From assembly GCF_006345805.1 (NCBI RefSeq), contig NC_043004.1, forward strand, positions 42,904,001 to 42,968,000: a stretch of 64,000 nucleotides of DNA, written 5' to 3'. The stretch comes from Octopus sinensis. Its lineage: Eukaryota. A program made the translations under genes and the position numbers. The notes beneath the pieces were generated by a model, which saw only the letters and a list, made by a program, of their open reading frames with translations, had not been told where the DNA came from and ran no database searches. Shown here piece after piece: positions 54,105 to 64,000 of the stretch (positions are counted from its first letter, which is position 1; each line of letters starts with the position of its first letter).

Positions 54105-55226
54105 ATTCTTTTATTCTTTTACTTCTTTCAGTCATTTGACTGCGTCGATAATGGACGTGTCGTCTTTAGTCAAACAAATCGACCCCACTAGTTATTCTTT
54201 GTGATATGTCTCATGTTATGACGAGCTAACTTTGTCCTCTGGGTGACTGGTCCGAACAGCGTACCTTGCTGACTGCGTATCTTTTATTTGGCCACATAGG
54301 CCCAACAAGGAGGGGACAAACGTCTTGCATATTCTCTTTCCGTATGGCTGTTCCGCAGCAAAAACACCTGCCTCTCCTTGTTAAGGGACGGACGTAGAAC
54401 AATCTTTATGATAGACTCAGTAGATAGCTGTACTCATCACATTGTCGACAACAGTTTTCAACAAAAGGAACACAGTTCTCAAATGTGTAATTCAAAATAA
54501 AAATTTACTCTCGTAAGAGAAGCACAACAATAAACAGTTCAAATCCTTTCCCCGTATGGGAAAGGAACGCAGTTCAATAACATTGCCCAAAACAGACCAT
54601 AATTTACAACTACTGTAAACATTACAATATTCCTCCCCGTAGGGGGAAGGAACACACGTTCAAAGACAACACCTGCCAAGGAGGCTACAAGGTAAACAAT
54701 TGAAACAATTGAAACAACAATTGAAACAACAATTGAAACAACAATTCAACAATACCTTTGAAATGGAAAACCCACAAAACGCAACTTCTCGTTCAAATGA
54801 ACTTGCCGCTAGAAAGACACTGTTCACGTAACTCACCGATTGAAACTTCTTGCTGTGTCTCTCCACTATTTATTAGTAGTGGACCAGCCCACCTTTCCCT
54901 TGGGGGTGTCAAGAATGACACCCCTACACTTTCAGATTTTTCGTTTCTTTTTCTTCTACCCAGAATATTTTTTCTCTTCTTATTTAGATTTCTTGTTACA
55001 CACATAGTGTTTCCTCTTTCAACAAAGCAGTATTATTTCGTTTTTCAATTGTTTTCTTTCTAACCGGAATTATATTTCTCTTATTTAGATTTTTCTTGTT
55101 CCACACAGAAGTATATTTTTTTGAAAATGCCGCTGGTAGTACCAGCCTACGTTGTGTACCGATAGCTCTACTACATATATCAACCTGAATAAAATCATTT
55201 GTACGGACTCATCATCATCATCGTCC

Positions 55227-55278
<52 letters not shown>

Positions 55279-55775
55279 CATTATTATTTTGTTCCACACA
55301 GAACCATATTTTTTTCAAAATGCCACAGGTAGTACCACTTTACATTCAATATGCTACTACCTATAACGCTAGTAGCATATTTAATTCAGTGGAACACACT
55401 AGTTAATATTATTGTTTTTTTCCGCAAAGAACCATAATTTTATTCCCTGTATGCATATTACTTTTCACCGTGTGAAGTTCAAATCCCACATCGAGATTTT
55501 CAACAGTGATATGTCAAGGATTATGACGAATTCATCGTCTGCGTGGCTGCCTGAAAAGCGTACCTCGCTGACTGACACTGCTTGCTGGGTGTGTCCAATA
55601 TTCATTAAAATTGGACCAGCATACATCTCACTTGGGGGTGTCCGCCTCAACACTTTGTAAGCTTAGTACTTATTTTATCTGTCTATTTGCCGAACCACTA
55701 TTTTACGGGATCTAAACTATTGTCTATTGTCAAACGATGGTGGGGGACAAACACGCACTGAGACACACACTCAAA

Positions 55776-55832
<57 letters not shown>

Positions 55833-56002
55833 TATATATACGACGTGATCCCTTCAATTTCCGTCTACCACATCCATTCACAAGGCTTTGGTCGGCCCGA
55901 AGCTATAGAAGAAGACACCGAAGGTGCCACGCAGTGGGACTTATCCCACAACCATGTGGTTGGGAAGAAAAATGTTTACCATACAGACATGCCTATGCCT
56001 AT
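54105..56002 (-). mobile_element. Type A SINE interrupted by a 1451-bp insertion
   Basis: Head at 56002-55845, (TA)n, 3' half 55775-55653 ending gcttacaaag, resuming at 54201-54105 with caaagaataac...ggggtcgatttg...cagtcaaatgactgaaag. Confidence 0.85.
54202..55652 (-). mobile_element. TRIM/LTR-like non-coding element with TG...CA ends, 5-bp TSD and unequal terminal direct repeats
   Basis: CTTTG at 54197-54201 and 55653-55657; plus-strand ends TGATATGTC and CCTCAACA; 55507-55652 matches 54202-54275 plus ~54830-54928. Confidence 0.7.
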
Positions 56003-56029
56003 ATATATGAACATATAATATATATAAAC

Positions 56030-56154
<125 letters not shown>

Positions 56155-57179
56155 TACAAATATATATGTGTGTGTTTATTCGCGTACGTATATACATATG
56201 TATACATATGTCTATACGTATGTGTATATATATATATACAAACATACATAAAAAGACACCGACAAATATTTGTATAAAAGTATATGTCTGTGTGTGAATG
56301 ACCGTGTGTGTGTGTGTGTGAACGTGTGTGTCCTCAGTGAGCCCAGAATCAATAAAATCGAAAATACATTATATTACATAACTGCGTGTTAAAAAATACG
56401 TTTTTGTTTTACGTGTTCACATTCATTATGCGTAGAAAATGAAAAGCATCACATAAGAAGTGCAAAGAAAACATTTACCGCTGTAACAATGTGATAACGT
56501 AAGCGATATTTTCTGACACGAAATATATTGCGGGGTATAACAGCAGTCCTATTCTGCGTTATCAGCGATTATAAATAAAAAGTTATATTAACATGGGAAT
56601 GAAATTGCAATTTGTGTCTTTGTTACATGAGAAATATCTAGGAAACGCACGCATTGGCACCATAGAATATCGCAGTTTACATAAGATGACATTTTATAGA
56701 AAAACTGCTTTCTATCTAATATCTGGGAATGTTGACTACGTAGAAAAAATGGTAGGAAATGTATAATATTGCAAATAATACTAGTTCTGTAGAATAAGTG
56801 ATTTGATTTCAGTCAGAATTGGCCTCCATGTTGTAAGCTGCCTTCCACTAATTTAATTATTTAAAATTTCAAAAGATATACTACAACCCATAAATGTCAA
56901 TAATATATATAATTATGTGTATTTGCAGACCAATCACATTAAGAAACTTAGCTACCTACATATCTGATGATAGTCCAGAAATTGCTTATTTCGTCATTGC
57001 GATACACTTAATCGCCACAAGTTGAGGCTATCTAACCGAAAGCAGAAACTATGTAACAGGAAATTTGTGTACTAACAAAAAAGGAATCATAATTTACAGG
57101 GAAAATATGTGTTTCCATAAATTTTTTTGTATTATTTCAATCAATAATTCTGGAGCTGAAAATATTTGTTGATTCATTA

Positions 57180-58426
57180 CATCAGGTCATATCATAAATT
57201 CTGTCCGAATTTTGAATAAAGAAAACAAGTGATCAAATGTTATATTCAATTGAAATTTAATCCGCAATGTACTTTCCCTGATTATCTATGACTTCTTTCC
57301 ATCTATTTACAAGCTTTTAAATCCTTTCAATGTAAATCTCTTTTGGTTTCAAAGCGAAGAACACTGAAATGTAAGTTTTGACCTCCTCCTGGCTTGCGAA
57401 ACATGGTCGGGGAAATAAGGTGGATGAGGAATTTTTTCCAACCAACCTCTTCAATCTTCTGTGATGTGATCTTTGCAGTGTGGGGTCACGCATTGTCCTG
57501 ATGAAACATCACTCTTTTCGATTCACTAAAAAGGGTATTTTTTTCTTCAAAGTTTGGTTCAAACGCTCTAATCGTTGACAGTAGACTTGAGCATTGATTG
57601 TTGCAATTGGTGGTAACAATCCAAAGTGATTTACCCATTCGCAATCCCATCAGATAGAGAGAAGAACCTTTTCCCCATGAAGTTCCCTTCTCGCTTGTGG
57701 TTGAGCTTTTTCCCTTTTAGCAAGCCCCTTTTTACGATGTTTAACATTTCGATAGAAGATCCATTTTTTTGTCACCAGTCACAAGTCTATCCAAAAAGGG
57801 AGAAATGAGTTCGCGAGAATAGAGAGAAGAGCAGATGTCAACACATGATTTTCAGTTGCTTTCGGACAATTCATGAGGCACACATTTTCCAAGTTTAGGA
57901 AACTTTCCAAGTTGTTGAAGTTGACGATGAACAGTTTTATGGTTTGAACTAAGCTTTTTTGCCAATCCTTCAACTGATAATGCAGAATTTATTTCATGTT
58001 ATGCCTCACTGACCTTATCAGCAAACTCAACTGGATGTCCTGTGTGATCTTCATGTTAAAGTCTGATATCTCCACTTCTGAATTTCGCAAACCATCTTCG
58101 GCAACTTCTTTCATTCAAACATTCTTTCCATTAAACTGAGTGTATGTTTCGAGTCTCTTCGGTTGCAGAGTTTCCTTTTTTTTGTACTCATAAAGCATTA
58201 TGTGCCCCGAATGCTGTTTGTATACTTTCATGATAGAAATGGTTTTAAATAATAGAATTTTAATTCTATTATTCCGTAAAATAACATTTAATTAGTTAAT
58301 TAGTTTAAATGTACACAAATGCATAAACATAATTATAAATTCCATTAGACATTCTAAAATACTATTAAAATTCATTCAAATTTTAAATATGGTAAAATCA
58401 GACAGAACTTATGAAATGACTTGATA
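57180..58426 (-). mobile_element. Mariner-type transposon, degenerate
   Basis: TIRs catcaggtcatatcataaattctgtccgaatttt / aaaatcagacagaacttatgaaatgacttgata with TA flanks; translation RRWFAKFRSGD, LGKCVPHELSE, FLDRLVTGDKKW, KVLLSI*WD, FHQDNA, PHPPYFPD. Confidence 0.9.
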
Positions 58427-58658
58427 TATATATATATATATATGTACACACACATGTATATATCTTGGAAACTACTTCAGTTAAAAGACAAATTTGCATT
58501 CAACCCTTCAAAGAATGTATATCTAAGTATATATATGTTAACTTATACATATATATATGTGTGTACGCATGATTACACAAATCCTTCCCCATCATACATA
58601 CCTACACATACACATGCGTGCGTATGCACACCCACACACACACACACACACACACACA

Positions 58659-58699
<41 letters not shown>

Positions 58700-58816
58700 T
58701 AGTTATATACATGCATACAAACATACAAACTTATGTACATATACATATGTTAAAATATCTAAGTGCATAAGTATGTTAAATATATTACTTCTCTAATGAT
58801 GTTTGTATTTTCGTGT

Positions 58817-58879
<63 letters not shown>

Positions 58880-58893
58880 TGTATATGCATATG

Positions 58894-58942
<49 letters not shown>

Positions 58943-58985
58943 ATATATATATATATATTTATACATATATATATATATACATATG

Positions 58986-59035
<50 letters not shown>

Positions 59036-59071
59036 GTTTGTATGATTATGCTTGTAACAATCCGTGTGTGT

Positions 59072-59109
<38 letters not shown>

Positions 59110-59822
59110 GGCTTGTATCTTGAGCCATTTTAACCAATTTTTTCCACATGAAACGGTACAAAATAACATCTACCAATTCGTTCGCAACAATTAGGTTTTC
59201 TAATAAATATACCAAACGTTATATCTCAATGGACAACAATAGTTACTGAAATGGAAAACCAAATTCAATTTTCCATATGAATAGAATAAATTAATACATA
59301 CCGAGGGAATACAATACTGTCTGTAACAGTTTACTAGACATGAGACAGGTCTTCTATCACACGCTGATTTTTTGTGCTTTTTATTTCTCATATTCCAAGA
59401 AGACAATAGAAAGTATATACGTTTAGATTTGTCCGTTATTTCACAAGAAATCATTGAATCGCAATACGCACAAACTACTCATCGTAAAGTGATACAGTGA
59501 TACACATACACACAAACAATCTCCGAACCGTGCGAAAATATACATATAGTTAGACACACACAATATTAACATATACACATAGAGTTGCACGCAATCAAAA
59601 ACACACACGCATATGTGTATATATGCACAATTATATGGATGTAAAAATACATAGTTACATGCAGACAGCCCACCACACGCCCCAGTTATATATGTATATA
59701 TATATGTATGCATGCATATAAATATATGTATGTATATATACATATGCACATACATATATATATGTATATGTATCTACACATACATACATATATATGTATA
59801 TGTATCTACACATACATACATG

Positions 59823-59908
<86 letters not shown>

Positions 59909-60245
59909 TCATATGCGAGTATATATATATGTGTGTCTGTGCGTGTGGGTGTGTTTTGGCGTTTATGTTCAGGGATGTATATTTGTAATAACATAAGTTT
60001 TTATGCATCTCCATTATATTTGTAAAACTTGAAACCAAGATTTAATATTCTATTGAATCAAATCTAAGTGTTAAAATATGCTCTCCCTATCATTGGAAGC
60101 AGTCGAAATAAAAAAGTTGGGGTAAAATATTTCAAGTCTTATTCAGCATTTTACGATTCTTTACATTTTATTATGCTTTGGGTTGAATTCTATTTTATCA
60201 GTATATTTCTTAAATTTTCACATTTTAAAATGAAAATTATTGATA

Positions 60246-60414
60246 TAGGCATAGGAGTGGCTCTGTGGTAGGTAGCTTGCTTATGAACCACATGGTTCCG
60301 GGTTCAGTCCCACTGCCTGGCACCTTGGACAAGTGTTTTCTACTATAGCCTCGGGCCGACCAAAGCCTTGTAAGTGAATTTGGTAGATGGGAACTGAAAG
60401 AAACACGTCATATG

Positions 60415-60469
<55 letters not shown>

Positions 60470-60680
60470 GTATGTGTGTATGTTTGTGTCTGTGTTTGTC
60501 CCCCCAACATCGCTTGATAACCGATGCTGGTGTGTTTACGTCCCCGTCACTTAGCGGTTCGACAACAGACACTGATAGAATAAGTACTAGGCTTACAAAG
60601 AATAAGTCCTGGGGGCAATTTGCTCGACTAAAGGCGGTGCTCCAGTATGGCCGCAGTCAAATGACTGAAGCAAGTAAAAA
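60246..60680 (+). mobile_element. Type A SINE with internal (TA)/(TG)n tract
   Basis: ggcataggagtggctctgtggtaggtagcttgc...gggttcagtcccactgc...ccttggacaagtg; 3' half cccccaacatcgcttgataaccgatgctgg...cagtcaaatgactgaagc. Confidence 0.9.
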
Positions 60681-62704
60681 AATACTAGTTTTCCTTATTA
60701 TTCTGTTTTCGTGTGGATGTTCGAGTTTCATTTTTCACAGCAGTGTAATATCCCAGTTGTTTGAAGGGAGCGAGATATTTGTTTGCAGTAATACATTCGC
60801 AAATACTGCCCTGTCTGCACATGCTATATCCCTTCAACTAATCACCCGAAAGCGTAAGAATTACCTTACCTCTGCCTCACGTCATGGACGCTTCCCACTC
60901 CCTCTTTTACTCGCTTCATTTTTTTCTCACTCCCTATATACTCTCCCGTTTCCGTTCTCCCTCTTTTTCTTTAATCACGTGAAAGCGTTACGGACGGTCT
61001 AAGTAAAGCAATGACAGGCAGAATTATTATAAGAGCGTAGACAGCAGAAGGGCTGAGGCTCCTGCGTGTGAGTATTATAATGGCCAACAGCTGAGTGCTG
61101 CCACGTGACATGCAATGCACGTCTGTGATTTACATTTCATTTATGTAGAGTTTCAGCAAAAGCACGCAGGCTGTTTTATTAGGCTATGTTAGAGACGCAG
61201 CTATTTCAATAAAGACTTATCTTTCTTCAAGATGTGGTTTCGACAGAGATACTGGTTCTTAGTATTTGGAGTGAGCTTGATGCTCCTACGAACCGTTCAT
61301 ATTTAGGAAGAAGGAACAATATTTTTCGATCTGCTTGATTCTATCATTTGATAATTTTAGCTGTAAGTTCTTTTTTTATAATAATGAACTGTATTACATT
61401 TATTCTTTATTAGTGTTTGTTATAGAAGATTCTCTTGAACTCATGCCCATCGCGTATTTGTTGAGAGGGTGAGGTTTCTGCTATCAATGATTCTCTCCTG
61501 CAGCTCATATGTAAGACTGTAAGACAGTATATGCAGTGAGTATCAACATCCTAGGGATAAAGTACAGTGCGTATTGTTTAGTGATGTGAATGGGATTGGA
61601 GTAATGAAAGGGAGGGAGAGATGATAGAGCCAGTTGCACATGAGTGAAGCTGGGCTCCTAGAAGGATATCTACCAAGCTGAAATAGGTTGCGGTCGGCTT
61701 CTTAATATCTTTTAGGATGTCTGCGACTGTAAGCAGCAGCGTCGTCGCATATACAAGAATATTATTCAATCCTATGCGTACAAACATACAACGCATCCGA
61801 ATAAATTGACACAGGTACGTACATATGCTAGTGCATGCTTACATATGTTCAGACTCACATGGCCATGCTCATATTCAAGACTCAAAAAACCTATGGTATA
61901 CTTATAACATCGCATACAAATTTTCATACACATTAAACATAGACAACGAAGTAAACTAGTTTGCAGTCCTTAAACCTCACAAAGAGAGAGAGAGGGATAG
62001 AGAGAGAGAGATAATGAGAGAGAGAGAAAAAGAGAGAGAGAGGTTTACACCTAATACATTTAGCACCACAAACAAGAACAAGACAAATATATATACATAT
62101 CCACACTACCCTGTCATAATCACACATAATGCATGCACATAGATACATACACACAATCGCATACACACACGCACCCATATGTATATTGTGCACATGTAAA
62201 TGTAATACGTACTAATGCTAATTACCGCCCTCGAACTTAAACAAGACGTAAACTACATGCGCGGCAAGGAGCTTGCTTCCGGATTCACTCTGCTAGTTAT
62301 GTAGCAGAGACTATGTGACCAATTGTACATCTTTTCCACAGTTGTATCCTTATAATATGTTGGCAATCACAGTTCATTACTGAATAGTGGAGTATTACTG
62401 GAGTATTTCAAGACATTTCATAATTATATTTTACTACGTTTTTCATCCTGCTACACTTGAAAATAAAATTAACAGCAATACATTGGCTGCATTGTATTCA
62501 GCAGTTTCAACGTCATATATCTGGTAGGCTTGAGTTGAATATTAAAATCGAGCAGGGTAAGCGAATGATGAAAGTTAATTATCTTCCTGATTAGTAAAGT
62601 TTAGGCTGTCTTGATTAGAACTCAGTGAATTCGGATGTAGCATGTCATAAATAGATATCGTAAATTCCCATAAAATAACCTATCATAGCGAGCAAATATC
62701 ATAT

Positions 62705-62922
62705 AATTTCTTCTAATTTTAATTTCAAATTTCGGTACGAAATTACAGGGGAGGGGGTTAGTTAATTACATAGATCCACAATGCTTAACTTGTATCTATT
62801 TCATCGACTTCGAAAGACAAGATCAACCGCGGCGAAATTTGAAATCAGAACGTAAAGTCTGACATAATGCTTCAAGCATTTTTGCCTGGCGAGCTAAATG
62901 ATTGTAATAGCTCACCGCCTTT
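62705..62922 (-). mobile_element. Degenerate type B SINE
   Basis: Reverse complement: aaggcggtgagct...tttagctcgccaggcaaaaatgcttg...ttctgatttcaaatttcgccgcggttgatc...ttcgaagtcgatgaaat. Confidence 0.7.
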
Positions 62923-64000
62923 ATAAATTCTTTTAATTTTAGCTGTATAAATGTGTATTTTTCATTTCTTGTTTTATTTCAATATGCTCATATAATGTAA
63001 GTTAATTAAGAATATTGTGAAAAACTACCTGAATATGCCCATCTGGCTAGTCCTCTTTACATTTTTCTCTCCAATATTAACAAATGGAGGCGTTCTTTTA
63101 TTGCCTTCATTAATTTTAAATGACATTTATTGAATAAAAATTTGAAGAAAAAATCATTCAAAGGTACTTGTTATATTTACGTTTGAAAATATCTAGTCAG
63201 GAAATTTAAATAATAAAATATTCATATATCATGAAAACTTACGTATCTTTTTTATTTCACGATTTCATATGATAGACGGCCGTAGTTTAATTTTTTCTCA
63301 TACTTTTAGCTTACGTCAGACAATTGATAATATATGAAAAATTTATAATTCAGATGTTTTGTACAAACAAAATAACTTTTATAAGATAAATGACGACAAC
63401 TTACAATTTATAATGGAATAAGACAGTGTGTGTGCGTGCCTTTTCATATAAGCTATAATATATATGTTTTATGAGTGCTGGTTAGCAGCTGTTTGAATCG
63501 GTATTGCGCAAAACAAAACCCGCATGATTTATAAATGCGATGATTTAAGCCATGTATTCAGATTAATTCCAACTCACTTTTGATTTTGTGCGCGCTAAAG
63601 AAGAAACCAAGCAGAAATAGAGAATTTTACACATATCCTTTATTAAAAAGTGTCAATAACAGATTCTTCTAAAAGTGAGGTAAGAAATGGAAACAATTTA
63701 CCATTAAATTAGAGCTAAATCTATCCTTCATGTATCCTTTAGGGACGTTTTAGAGGAACACAAGTCTTCGCACGGAGAAGAAATGACGGTGCCCTTGTCA
63801 GCTTCGTAGGTAGAGTGATTTGCCTTTTTTCTGAATTGTTAAATTTATATAGTAATAATTAGCATTAATAGCAAGTGAGCATCTTATTTCTCTTACATAG
63901 TGTCTAAATTATATTGCTTCTGAGGCATATTCTACTTTCACACCTGACTATTTGTTGTTTGTTTGTTCCTTCTCGAGCCATTCCTGGCTCATAAGGGCCG

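Noticed and set aside
54793-55653. Similar peptides TPPRERWAGPLLINSGETQQEVS and TPPSEMYAGPILMNIGHTQQAVS suggesting duplicated exons
   Set aside because: They are the two copies of the terminal repeat of the 54202-55652 insertion. Only 10 of 20 counted differences fall at third positions, the antisense frame is similarly conserved, and splice sites are not shared.

Overview
Very AT-rich, microsatellite-dense eukaryotic DNA. The tRNA-derived SINE families and (TA)n density point to an octopus or other coleoid cephalopod (inference from recalled repeat families, not a database search). No host gene is securely identifiable; one candidate terminal exon lies at 26374-26764. Most of the interpretable sequence is mobile DNA: two Penelope-like elements (RT + GIY-YIG), R4/Dong-type non-LTR fragments in (TAA)n, an RTE fragment, a Tc1 (DD34E) and a mariner, two MITE-like elements, a TRIM/LTR-like insertion nested in a SINE, and many SINEs. 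The most notable pattern is a set of fold-back (head-to-head) insertions whose 3' ends point outward into or towards (TA)n tracts. Several carry hammerhead-ribozyme-like motifs, some with variant cores (U3-A8, A6U, long stem II). Both Penelope copies, from different families, switch to their inverted arm exactly 1 nt upstream of the same homologous Met codon. Several duplications differ mainly by 1-nt indels, so long-read assembly error has to be excluded case by case. Coordinates were read by eye and may be off by a few bases.
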